A DNA stretch of 64,000 bases from Candidatus Methanomethylophilaceae archaeon (GTDB lineage: Bacteria; Fibrobacterota; Fibrobacteria; Fibrobacterales; Fibrobacteraceae), in NCBI GenBank assembly GCA_963629575.1, contig CAVGIM010000003.1:6770-70769 (forward strand), read 5' to 3'. A model generated the notes under the pieces. It was not told the origin of the DNA, made no database searches, and saw only the letters and a list, made by a program, of their open reading frames with translations. Positions within the stretch are counted from its first letter, which is position 1, and the number at the start of each line of letters is the position of its first letter. A program made the position numbers and the translations under genes. This document shows positions 1 to 9,356 of this stretch, piece after piece.

Positions 1-2
1 TA

Positions 3-3000
3 TCCCTGGTTGTCGTTCTGCTCTTTATGATGATTGCGACCATTGCCGCGACGGCGACGTATAAGTGGATCACGTCCGAAAGCCGTTCGTCGGGTTCGCG
101 AATGCTCCAGCGGGAAGCCTACCAGAGCGCGGTGGCGGGAATCGAGAATGCGCGGTCCTGGATTGCCTGGAACGCAAACGACGCCGGTGCGCTCGTCAAG
201 CAGTATCTCGACGGCGGAAAGGTTCCGGTAAATATCGACAGGCAGCTCCGTCCGCTGCAGCGGGCCGGGCAAAAGTACAGCGTATGGCTTACGGGCGTAA
301 ACACCGAAAGCTCTACATACAAGCTAAAGATTCTTTCGGAAGGATCGGCGCGGAACGGCGAGGCGAAACACAGCGAAATCGCCATCTTGAACGTCGATGG
401 GCTTTACCAGGTGAAGATCCCTTCGGAAAAGAGTTCCTCCACAGTCAATTTCGACTATGCGTATTTCGGGGGGACTACAACAAATAGCGGGAATATGAAT
501 CCGACCTCGATGCTCATCAATGGAAACTGGACGGGAAATCCGAATACGGTTTCCAAGAATTTTGTGGTGACGGGAAATGCAAGCTTGAGCGGAGACAATC
601 TTTCCGTTGCGGGGACGGCTTGTATTGGTGGCAATCTGAGCACGCAAAACGGCTTTACTGGCAAGGATCTGTATGTGGCGGGGAACACATCCAATTTTAA
701 TGGAACGCTTGCCGGGAATCTCTATGTCGAAGGGGATTTCAATGTGGGAAATGCTTGCGGAAACAAGAATTTCGCAGTCCTTGGAAACGTAACGCTCAAC
801 GGAACGCTGGATCCCGGAGACTGCTCCGGAAAGCGCATCGAAGGAAACCTGTGCACGAGCGAATCGGGGCAGCTTGTCACTTCGGGCGGAAACAATGCCT
901 TTACCGTTTACAAGAACATCTGGATGCCCGGCAATCAAAACGTGTGGTATAAAGGCTGGAATTACGACAATTACGATTCCTACGACAAAATCGTTTTGGG
1001 AAACAGTTCGGAATCCCAGGTCTATATCAAGACGGCTCATTCGTGGAAGGATTACGACGATCATCGAAATCAAAAGACCTTCACGGAAACGAATGGAGAA
1101 GAGAGAACTTGTGCCGTGGCCGGTTCCAATCAATACGTGTGTCAGGAATATGGCTATTATTTTAGTTGGGCTCCCTGGACGCGATATTGCAAAAAATGGG
1201 CCACTACCGCGACGTGCAATGACTGGACAAAATGGGCAGGAGCCCAATATTCCCCCTATCCCCAGAGGAATAAAAAGGACGATCTGTATTACCTCTTTTA
1301 TGTGGAAGACGGGATTGAAGACGTCGAATTCAAGACGCATAGCAATACCTACTGGAACGAAAATATCGGCGCCTATTACGTGGGCGGAGCCCTGTTTTAT
1401 GACCTGTGGGATGTCTGGAACCAATATCGGTATGGAAACAACAAAACCTCGGAACCGGATGGTCTTTCACCCTATTGCAAGAAACAAGGAAACTATTCTT
1501 CCGGATCTACGGCAATCGAAGCCTTTCGACCGGTTTGCAACGTGAATCCCTGGTTCAAGTCCAAGGGAACGGTGTCGCGGAATCTTCCTTCGAAAGTTCC
1601 CTTCGAGTGCGCCGAACAGGTCAAATCCGATTGCGATTCCATTTGGGAGAAAAAGGCGGGCTGTGACGGTTCGAATTACAAAGTAGATGACATGCTGGTG
1701 ACGGCGTATTCCAAGTTCGAAAGCTACGCGAACAAGGATTGCGCAAAAAATATCACGGTATGGTCGAACGATATGAGTGCCAAGATGAATGCGTGCTACA
1801 ACGAAATTATCAAGGATTCCGATACCAAGCGTGCCGATGAAAATCTTTATAACGGATATTTGGTCGTGAAGGTGACTTCGAATGGCTTACAGAATCCAAC
1901 GGTTCCCCTGGATGGAAAGTTTATCATCATCGTGACAAATTCGCTCGGACAGCAAAATTTGCCTTCGACCACATCGGACTCCTATGTGTTTCTTTATCTG
2001 CGCGAGGGTGGGTCGGGAGAAATCCAGCCGCAAGGCAATGGTCCGTTTAATTATTTCATCTATACGGAAAAGGATGTGGAAAAACTTCTGTTCAATAATT
2101 CCAAGTTGACCGGAACGGTCTATGCTGCGGCGAGTACCTGTGCAAAAATCAAGAATATGGCTATTAAGGAAATCGAGTACAACAAATCCCTTCTCGACGA
2201 CCTCGCAAATAGCGGCATTATCTGCAACAACGACGGTTCGTCTTGTGGCGGTTCCAATTCCGGAGGTTCCTCGACCGGGTCTTCTTCGAGCAGCGTCAAT
2301 TACGGGGGGACGGATCCTCACTACATTTCGATGGCGCCGCAGCTTGGCGTTTCGCTCGAAACGCAATACGAGAACAAGGAAAAGGTGACGACTTCGGGCG
2401 ATACGACGCGCCTTGCCGGGTCCTACATCGTGCTTCCGCGCGTGATTTACTTGCCCTCGGACCCTGCCGGGAAACTGGAAGACTATTACAACGTCCTGGG
2501 ACTGAACGGGGCAAGCGTCAAGAAGTCGGATGTCCGCGTCACTTCGTGCGCGAGTTCGGACGCTTCGCTGAACGTGAGCGGGGCACTCTATAGCGCGGCG
2601 ACCGGTTCTCTTTCTCAGGGAGTCTATACGTGCAACACGAGCGCCTCGGATTACGAAGACGTTCCCTTCTGGGTCGTCATCGGCAGCGAAACGGGAAACG
2701 CCCCCACGGTCTATTTCCAAAAGTCTTCCCAGGAAATCGCCGCGACGCAGTCCGCTCCGATGGATTCCATCAACCTGGTCGTTCCCGCGCATACGAGCGA
2801 CATCACGATCAACTATTCGTGGTCGGGTTCGGAATCGTCGCTTTCGGGTTGGAACATCAATAACCTCGGCGGTTGTTCTTTCGGTTCCGGAAAGTGCAGC
2901 ATGACGCTTTCCGCGGCGGAAGAGTCCATTGTGACGCTCTTTACGGTGACGACTTCCGGGGCTTCGGGGGGGACTTTTGTGGTCTATCTCGACGCGGGGT

Positions 3001-6000
3001 CGGGCTACCAGATCGGTGCGCCTTCCATGTCGGAAATTCACATCCAGAGCGGCATTACCGTTGTGCGCAAGGACCTGTCAACCGCACAGATCAAGGCCTA
3101 CTGCGAATCGAACGCTTCGGTATGCCCGGACGAAGATGTGGGCGACTGGCCCAAGGGAAATTGCGAATCGGGCAGCGCGGAGTGGGTAAAAATCGCTTCG
3201 GGCGTCGCCTGTTCCCCGGTGACAAGGAACGAACAGTGGAGCTGCATTGCCGGAGGAACGGGAACCGTTTCCCTGGAAAAGGGAAACGAAAAATCGGGAT
3301 GCATTGTCGTCATTCCGCAGGAAAACAATTCCTACCAGCTGGAATCCATGGATGCCAAAAACTCTCCCTACACGCTCTACGCAGGAATCTTTGCGAAGAA
3401 GCAGACGCTTACCGTTGGCTTTACCGGGGATATTGGCGGCAAGAATCCGAAAATCAACGTGCGCATCGAACGGAGCTCTTCGGGGACCAAGGATTCCTAT
3501 TGCGATTACGGAAATTCGAGCGATCACACGTGCAAGATCGATGTCTTCTACGGCGACTACGTGACGCTTTCGCTCGATACGTCTTCGAACGACCATGACA
3601 ATTTCAATTACTGGAAGTGCGAAAACGCGAGCGGAAACTGCCCGACGGACATTCTTTCGAGTACGACTTTCCCGGCGTTTGCTGTCCAGGAGTCCGAATA
3701 TACGCTGATGGCGCATTTCGGGGAATCCGACAAGCATTGCTTCTTTGACGAGTTTACGCATCCGGACATTCTTTGCGGGGCCGCTTCCGCAGACGATGAA
3801 TATTGCATTGCCGGTTACGGAAGCGGAAACTCCAAGGCGAAATGGCTCTTTGTTTCGGGGGCAATCACTTCGCTTGCGCTGGAAAACGGCTATCTCTCGG
3901 TGCCAAAAAGCGCAAGAAACAGCCCGGTCGTCATCATGAGCTCCGTGAATGCGGGCCTTTACGGAACGATGAAGGCGCTGGTGCAGGTGACGCGCGAAAC
4001 GTCGAGCCACGACAAGTCGGAAAACGAAATACGAAAATCGGGAATCCTCTTGCGAGCGACGAAAAACGCTTCGGAATACCTGATGCTGAACGTGTATGCG
4101 AACAAGAGCGGAAACCTGGAAGCGACTTACTGCATTGCCGACAAGTGCGAATCGAAGGAGCTGCTCGGCGGCTATTCGACGGTTTCCGTCGCGTCGAACG
4201 CGATGGTGATGGTCGAAGCGAAACTGAAGCAGGGAGCGGGGGAATCCGTGGATTCCCTGGTCGTTACCGCCTATAAGGCGAGCTATTACGGTTCGCCAAC
4301 CGGATACTCGGCAGCGTTCGCGCTTTCCGGAGACGCCTACCTGCGCCTTTCGACCCGTGAACACGAATATGTCGGATTTTCGCTTGCGAGCGAAAAGGTG
4401 CGGCTCTACGGAATCGGGTGGAAAAGCGAGGATTACGCCTCGGAATGCCACGATACCTATCCGACTCTCAAGTGCTCCTTCAGCGCGGTGGCGGAAGACG
4501 GTTTTGTGCCGACGGAAAAGAGCGTAAAGCCCTGGGTGGGGCATTCGGGCTGGTATCGTTCGAAGAACTGCTCCGAAAGCTACTTCTACCAGGGGACGGA
4601 TGCTTGCGGCGGAAGCGAAAATTCCAGGACTTCCTGTGGCGACAGCTACACGTTCCGCGCAAGCGGTGCCGGCGCCCACGGCTACATGGACGGAACGAAT
4701 TGGGTAAAGACCGCCTTTGCGACGCTTCGGTGCTACGGCGAAACGGAGACCGAAAGTCTGTGGAACAGCGATGAGGCGAATTGCGGAAAGTTCTGGACCG
4801 GGAAATTTACGGAATGCACGAATCACGAAGTCCTGCTTAATTCCGTTCTGGAAATTTCGTCGGGTGCGGAAAGCGGCGAAGTGTTCGCGTCCGCAAGGAA
4901 CCTGCGGAATGCAAGCCTGAAGGTAAAAGTGGATTCCGTTTCGAACGGGACTCCCGATCTGGAAATCTATTTCGCAAGCAAGGACGACGGGGGAAATCTT
5001 TATTACAGCCAGTCGGTTCGCGTCTTGCGCTATGGACCATCCGATTTCGATATCGTGTCCGAGATGGTGGCGAACGCGGATGCGGGCTTTGATCCCGAGA
5101 ACGTGACGGGCGTTTATTACAGGAATAACGGAATTGCCGTGCGCATGGCTTCTCTCTCGACGGAATGCGCCAACGCCATTTCGCTTTCGGCGTGCCGCGC
5201 TACATACAAGAGCGGAACCACATGGGAGATTGAAGCGAACGTTTCGAACACGGACAAGATCGAATCGTTTACGATGACGCGGACGGTCGATGGAAGCTCC
5301 AACTCGAGAACGGTCAAGTGCAATGCGGGCGATTCGGAAAGCTGCCTTTTTGATGGAGACGTGGCAATGCTCGCCTTTGCGGACGACCGTTCTCCGTACC
5401 AATCCGAGCAGGGAAAGTCCTACGCGTTTCATCTTTCGCTTGTCGGAAACGGCGGAAGCTCGACGCTCGAAAAGGACTGCTCGGTCTCTCCGGAAACAAT
5501 CGGAAAGATTACGGCGACGTGTTCAATCAAATTTTCTTCGGTGCGCGCTGGGGAAGGACTTCCGATGTTTACCATGAATATCGACGGATGCCCGGATGGC
5601 GGTTGTGCCTGGAAAATTTCTTCGGACAACGGAAAGATTTCGGAAACGGGAACGAAAAGTTCCTACTCCGGCTCGTTTTCGGGAGAAAACACGGCGACGA
5701 ATCCATGGGACGTGGGGACTTACCTCATCCGGGTGGAATCCGCGAATTCGGAATATCCGTTTGACGGCTGCAGCCAGGAGTTCACCGTGACCGAAGCGCG
5801 CTCGAGTTCTTCGATCGAACCGGAATCGAGCAGTAGTTCGGCGGAGGCGGGAAAGAGCAGTTCGAGCGGAGAAGGTTCACTCAGCGTTACATGCGGAATC
5901 TCATCGCTTAGTTGGAAAATTTACACAGGCGAACCTTACGAAAGTTCCGAGTTCTATTTCCTTGTGAAAAACAATGTTTCGGAAGAAAGTACCTATCCAG

Positions 6001-6965
6001 TTGAAATTTACAAGGATTCGGAATTCTTGAGTTCGGCCAGCGTGAATTCATGGTCGAACTGGACGGCGACTTCTTTGGGAAAACTCTCAAAAGGTTCTCA
6101 TTCCTATTCCGTTCGTTACAATGGGCAGGAAATTTGCGCCTCTTCCATTCAAATTGTTTCAACGCTTTCCTGTTCTATCGATAAAACGGAAATCGGATTT
6201 GGCGACAGCTTTACGCTGATGACTGTCTATTCTGGCAGTTGTTGGAATTCCAGCCTTTCCGGAAATGGAGTTCCCGATGCAAATTGTGGAATTTCCTACA
6301 CGATAACGCCGACGTCAATGGGAACACAGATTTACGTGTATCAGGTAACGAACGGGTCGGTTGGGGTGGCTGCCTGTACGACGGCTGTTGCCGTTACCGA
6401 AATCGCTCCGACGGTGGAATGCCCCGATGCGCAGACCAAGTCGGTCGGCAGTACGGTTTCCGTTTCGCCCAAAACGCTTACGGGGTGCGGAACGGACAAC
6501 GGCTGCTCCTATACGGTAAGTGACGTGAATTCGCTGGTCGGCAGCGGAAACATCAAGAACGGCGAAAAGTTCTCGTTTACAGGATCTTCTTCGACAGGAA
6601 CGGTAAACTATACGCTGAACGTTTCCAATTCCAAGGGGTCGGCGGAATGCAGCTTTGACGTGGAGTATGTGGAAAATGCGAGAATAGAAGTAACGGATAA
6701 AGACTCGCATCCATTTAAATCGGGAACTTGCGTGGATATTAAAAATGTCAACTTTGGCTATAATACAGATGTTTATTTCAGGTGTAATGCACAAATTGGG
6801 AATAGAAAAATTTCTTATAATGGAACATCTGCAACGTCTTCTGATCAATATAATGGTTTTGCTTTAAAAATAGGATCGACTTCTGGCTCCGACTTTTCTG
6901 CTGAAAATGTGTGCGTAGAGAATGAAAACGGAAGCGATTTAACATGTAATGTCAGTAACTATTAA
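3..6965 (+). CDS. Giant (>2300 aa) PilX-like/pilin N-terminus surface protein (putative pilus-associated adhesin); 5' end truncated by the window
   Basis: The frame is open from the window edge (SLVVVLLFMMIATIAATATYKW...AYQSAVAGIENA), resembling a PilX-type N-terminal helix. It continues with Gly-rich beta-solenoid repeats (VTGNASLSG/IGGNL/LYVAGN/LYVEGD), Ser-rich linkers, many Cys pairs and Ig-like C-terminal modules. Confidence 0.7.
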   Translation, partial: SLVVVLLFMMIATIAATATYKWITSESRSSGSRMLQREAYQSAVAGIENARSWIAWNANDAGALVKQYLDGGKVPVNIDRQLRPLQRAGQKYSVWLTGVNTESSTYKLKILSEGSARNGEAKHSEIAILNVDGLYQVKIPSEKSSSTVNFDYAYFGGTTTNSGNMNPTSMLINGNWTGNPNTVSKNFVVTGNASLSGDNLSVAGTACIGGNLSTQNGFTGKDLYVAGNTSNFNGTLAGNLYVEGDFNVGNACGNKNFAVLGNVTLNGTLDPGDCSGKRIEGNLCTSESGQLVTSGGNNAFTVYKNIWMPGNQNVWYKGWNYDNYDSYDKIVLGNSSESQVYIKTAHSWKDYDDHRNQKTFTETNGEERTCAVAGSNQYVCQEYGYYFSWAPWTRYCKKWATTATCNDWTKWAGAQYSPYPQRNKKDDLYYLFYVEDGIEDVEFKTHSNTYWNENIGAYYVGGALFYDLWDVWNQYRYGNNKTSEPDGLSPYCKKQGNYSSGSTAIEAFRPVCNVNPWFKSKGTVSRNLPSKVPFECAEQVKSDCDSIWEKKAGCDGSNYKVDDMLVTAYSKFESYANKDCAKNITVWSNDMSAKMNACYNEIIKDSDTKRADENLYNGYLVVKVTSNGLQNPTVPLDGKFIIIVTNSLGQQNLPSTTSDSYVFLYLREGGSGEIQPQGNGPFNYFIYTEKDVEKLLFNNSKLTGTVYAAASTCAKIKNMAIKEIEYNKSLLDDLANSGIICNNDGSSCGGSNSGGSSTGSSSSSVNYGGTDPHYISMAPQLGVSLETQYENKEKVTTSGDTTRLAGSYIVLPRVIYLPSDPAGKLEDYYNVLGLNGASVKKSDVRVTSCASSDASLNVSGALYSAATGSLSQGVYTCNTSASDYEDVPFWVVIGSETGNAPTVYFQKSSQEIAATQSAPMDSINLVVPAHTSDITINYSWSGSESSLSGWNINNLGGCSFGSGKCSMTLSAAEESIVTLFTVTTSGASGGTFVVYLDAGSGYQIGAPSMSEIHIQSGITVVRKDLSTAQIKAYCESNASVCPDEDVGDWPKGNCESGSAEWVKIASGVACSPVTRNEQWSCIAGGTGTVSLEKGNEKSGCIVVIPQENNSYQLESMDAKNSPYTLYAGIFAKKQTLTVGFTGDIGGKNPKINVRIERSSSGTKDSYCDYGNSSDHTCKIDVFYGDYVTLSLDTSSNDHDNFNYWKCENASGNCPTDILSSTTFPAFAVQESEYTLMAHFGESDKHCFFDEFTHPDILCGAASADDEYCIAGYGSGNSKAKWLFVSGAITSLALENGYLSVPKSARNSPVVIMSSVNAGLYGTMKALVQVTRETSSHDKSENEIRKSGILLRATKNASEYLMLNVYANKSGNLEATYCIADKCESKELLGGYSTVSVASNAMVMVEAKLKQGAGESVDSLVVTAYKASYYGSPTGYSAAFALSGDAYLRLSTREHEYVGFSLASEKVRLYGIGWKSEDYASECHDTYPTLKCSFSAVAEDGFVPTEKSVKPWVGHSGWYRSKNCSESYFYQGTDACGGSENSRTSCGDSYTFRASGAGAHGYMDGTNWVKTAFATLRCYGETETESLWNSDEANCGKFWTGKFTECTNHEVLLNSVLEISSGAESGEVFASARNLRNASLKVKVDSVSNGTPDLEIYFASKDDGGNLYYSQSVRVLRYGPSDFDIVSEMVANADAGFDPENVTGVYYRNNGIAVRMASLSTECANAISLSACRATYKSGTTWEIEANVSNTDKIESFTMTRTVDGSSNSRTVKCNAGDSESCLFDGDVAMLAFADDRSPYQSEQGKSYAFHLSLVGNGGSSTLEKDCSVSPETIGKITATCSIKFSSVRAGEGLPMFTMNIDGCPDGGCAWKISSDNGKISETGTKSSYSGSFSGENTATNPWDVGTYLIRVESANSEYPFDGCSQEFTVTEARSSSSIEPESSSSSAEAGKSSSSGEGSLSVTCGISSLSWKIYTGEPYESSEFYFLVKNNVSEESTYPVEIYKDSEFLSSASVNSWSNWTATSLGKLSKGSHSYSVRYNGQEICASSIQIVSTLSCSIDKTEIGFGDSFTLMTVYSGSCWNSSLSGNGVPDANCGISYTITPTSMGTQIYVYQVTNGSVGVAACTTAVAVTEIAPTVECPDAQTKSVGSTVSVSPKTLTGCGTDNGCSYTVSDVNSLVGSGNIKNGEKFSFTGSSSTGTVNYTLNVSNSKGSAECSFDVEYVENARIEVTDKDSHPFKSGTCVDIKNVNFGYNTDVYFRCNAQIGNRKISYNGTSATSSDQYNGFALKIGSTSGSDFSAENVCVENENGSDLTCNVSNY

Positions 6966-6985
6966 TTTCCATTTTCCCACAATCT

Positions 6986-7015
6986 GGTCTCCCTCAAAAG
7001 GGAGATCTATTTTTT
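6986..7015 (+). terminator. Rho-independent terminator
   Basis: Hairpin GGTCTCCCT-CAAA-AGGGAGATC followed by a T-run, just after the stop at 6965. Confidence 0.6.
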
Positions 7016-7095
7016 GTATAAGTTAAATAATGTTGCATAATGGCCTTTTTCGCTGAACCATCCTTGAGTGAAGCGACCTGTCCGCAACAGGTGGG

Positions 7096-7117
7096 GGCCT
7101 GTCTGCCGACAGGCAGG
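7096..7117. repeat. 22-bp palindromic mini-repeat, copy 1 (GGCCTGTCTGCCGACAGGCAGG)
   Basis: Exact reverse complement of 27719-27740; can fold into a hairpin. Confidence 0.85.
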
Positions 7118-7147
7118 TAGGAACGGTTTTGAAAGAAACGCTCGGAA

Positions 7148-7182
7148 GATTCTATCGGGGCTTTTAGCCCCTCCAGAATGAC
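7148..7182. repeat. REP-like extragenic palindrome (GATTCT...GGGGCT-TTT-AGCCCC-TCCAGAATGAC)
   Basis: Internal hairpin. The end motif CTCCAGAATGAC recurs as CTCCAGGATGAC at 27869-27880. Confidence 0.55.
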
Positions 7183-7196
7183 GACAGACAGATAAA

Positions 7197-8237
7197 CTAA
7201 AGGGCGGCAACTTCTTCGGGCGAAAGACCGCAGCGCTTTGAAATAATCTCGATGGAAACGCCGTCATCGCGAAGACCTTTCGCCAGTTCCTTTTTGCCGA
7301 GAGAGATACCTTTCTGGATTCCTTCTTTTCTGCCTTCCAGGATTCCTTCTTTCCGCCCTTCTTTCATTCCTTCTTTCCGGCCTTCTTTTCGGCCCTCCAG
7401 GATGCCTTCTTCTCTACCTTCTCGGATGCCATTCTGCCAGCCTTCCCGATGGCCTGCGTCAAAGCCTTCCCTGTGTCCGGTTTCAATCGCATATTTCCGG
7501 ATGGCGTAGGCGTCCCATTTCCGCATTTGTTCCAGATCGATCATACGCTGTTCCTCTTTGCTTAATCTAGCTAATTCCGAGGTAGAAAACAACAGTTCAA
7601 AAGCGGTTCCCGCATAGAAAATTGGCATTTTTTGCGGCTTCTTGATGTTCTTGAGCGCAAAAAGCCCTTTGTCGAGAAGCGTTTTCAGATCGTCCATTTT
7701 CTTCTTGAACTTGGGAAGTTCCACGAAAACGAAGTTCACTGTCTCGCTGATGCTCTCTCCGCTTTCTTCTCGGAGCTTTGCCCGATGGATGTATTTCGGA
7801 TTCTTGAAGAATTCAAATTCCATGAACACAATCGTAATGACGGAATCTAGGCCATAGGCGTATGTCTTGCTGCGTTCGCCCTGGGCGATAATCGTCTGCG
7901 CTGCGTAATAGATGGCGCGGTTTACGATGTTTTCCTGCTTGGCGATTTGGACTTCGATGATGAATTTCCGTTTTTCCGAATCGATACAATAGAGGTCAAA
8001 AATCGATGCGCGGTTTTCGTTGGAACCTTCGGAAAATTCCTTGTCGCGGGACTGTACGTCTTGGATCGGTCTGTCGATTTCGCCTTCTAGCAAGGCGTTC
8101 AAAAGGGCAATCAGGCAGGTTTTGTTCTGCGTGTCGGGATTGAACGCTTTTTTGAATGTCCTGTCGAGGAGAAGGTCGGCATAGACTCCTGCACCCTGGT
8201 ACTCTTCGAAGGTTTCGTCCCTGTTTTCAAGATTCAT
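7197..8237 (-). CDS. Rpn family recombination-promoting nuclease / PD-(D/E)XK putative transposase
   Basis: Motifs DRTFKKAF, FDLYC, IIEVQ, RAIYY and FVELPKF; C-terminal (EGxx)n repeats and a terminal HTH-like segment (SIEIISKRCGLSPEEV). Confidence 0.9.
   Translation of the reverse strand: MNLENRDETFEEYQGAGVYADLLLDRTFKKAFNPDTQNKTCLIALLNALLEGEIDRPIQDVQSRDKEFSEGSNENRASIFDLYCIDSEKRKFIIEVQIAKQENIVNRAIYYAAQTIIAQGERSKTYAYGLDSVITIVFMEFEFFKNPKYIHRAKLREESGESISETVNFVFVELPKFKKKMDDLKTLLDKGLFALKNIKKPQKMPIFYAGTAFELLFSTSELARLSKEEQRMIDLEQMRKWDAYAIRKYAIETGHREGFDAGHREGWQNGIREGREEGILEGRKEGRKEGMKEGRKEGILEGRKEGIQKGISLGKKELAKGLRDDGVSIEIISKRCGLSPEEVAAL
7295..7480 (-). repeat. Intragenic 12-nt tandem repeats encoding EG(R/I/M)(K/E/L) tetrapeptides
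   Basis: HREGFDAGHREGWQNGIREGREEGILEGRKEGRKEGMKEGRKEGILEGRKEGIQKG; repeated CCTTC units on the + strand. Confidence 0.85.
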
Positions 8238-8351
8238 CTTGGATACCTCGTGAATTTTTTTTGTGGAAAAGGTCCATTCCTTTCCCTTTTGTACAACGCT
8301 TTTCGGAGGAATTTATCTACCGGGAAATTGTAAATTTTTATATTTCCGAAT

Positions 8352-9356
8352 ATGAAAAAGATTTCGCTCACGGGCATCAAGCCCACAGGAACCCCTCATC
8401 TGGGAAACTATCTAGGCGCGATTCGTCCGGCGCTTGAACTGGCGAAGGATTACGAGACCATCTACTTCATTGCGGATTATCACGCCCTGACGACGGTCCA
8501 TGACGGAAACGAAATGCGAGAAAACATTCGAAAAGTCGCCGCGACATGGCTTTCCTGCGGACTCGATCCGGAAAAAGGCCTTTTCTATCGCCAGAGCGAC
8601 ATTCCCGAAATCTTTGAACTCAGCTGGGCGCTCAGCTGCTTTACGCCCAAGGGATTTATGAATCGGGCCCATGCCTACAAGGCAAAGGTCGAGGCAAACC
8701 GTGTGGCAGGCGAGGATCTCGACACGAACATCAACATGGGGCTGTATTGCTACCCGTGCCTGATGGATGCGGATATCTTGATGTTCAATGCGGATGTGGT
8801 TCCTGTCGGAAAGGATCAAAAACAGCATGTGGAATTTGCGCGAGACATCGCGATTCGATTCAACAAGCAGATGGGGAGAAATGTCTTCACGGTTCCGGAA
8901 CCGTTTATCCAGGAAACGACGGATGTGATTCCCGGCCTTGACGGTCGCAAGATGAGCAAGTCCTACGACAACACGATAGAAATTTTTCTCGAACCGAAGG
9001 CCCTCAAGAAGAAGCTCGGAAGAATCGTGACGAACAGCCTGCCGATCGAAGCGCCGAAGGATCCGGATACGTGCAACGTGTTTCGGCTTTACAGGCTCTT
9101 TGCGACTGCGGAAGAAACGGCTGCGCTCGCGGAAACGTATCGCGCCGGCGGAATGGGTTGGGGCTATGCGAAAGGCGAACTCCAGAAAGTTCTCGAACGG
9201 ACATTCGGTGACGCTCGCGAAAAGTATAACGACCTGATGGCGCATCCGGACAGGATTGACGAAATTCTCCGTGCCGGTGCAGAAAAGGCTCGCCCCGTGG
9301 CGCAAGCCCATCTGGAAGAGATTCGCGAAGTTCTAGGTTACGGGAAAATCGTCTGA
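8352..9356 (+). CDS. trpS: Tryptophan--tRNA ligase
   Basis: TGIKPTGTPHLGNY (HIGH-like), VPVGKDQKQH, KMSKS. Confidence 0.97.
   Translation: MKKISLTGIKPTGTPHLGNYLGAIRPALELAKDYETIYFIADYHALTTVHDGNEMRENIRKVAATWLSCGLDPEKGLFYRQSDIPEIFELSWALSCFTPKGFMNRAHAYKAKVEANRVAGEDLDTNINMGLYCYPCLMDADILMFNADVVPVGKDQKQHVEFARDIAIRFNKQMGRNVFTVPEPFIQETTDVIPGLDGRKMSKSYDNTIEIFLEPKALKKKLGRIVTNSLPIEAPKDPDTCNVFRLYRLFATAEETAALAETYRAGGMGWGYAKGELQKVLERTFGDAREKYNDLMAHPDRIDEILRAGAEKARPVAQAHLEEIREVLGYGKIV

Noticed and set aside
3078..5432. 784-aa minus-strand ORF, and other long antisense ORFs such as 324-1424, 18291-19565 and 60399-61634
   Set aside because: They shadow well-supported genes on the opposite strand, have no recognisable motifs, and are expected from codon bias.
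6660..7200. Diversity-generating retroelement target at the end of the giant gene
   Set aside because: No reverse transcriptase and no template/variable repeat pair are present in the window.
7295..7480. Regular repeats as a possible CRISPR array
   Set aside because: These are 12-nt in-frame coding repeats with no unique spacers, and there are no cas genes.
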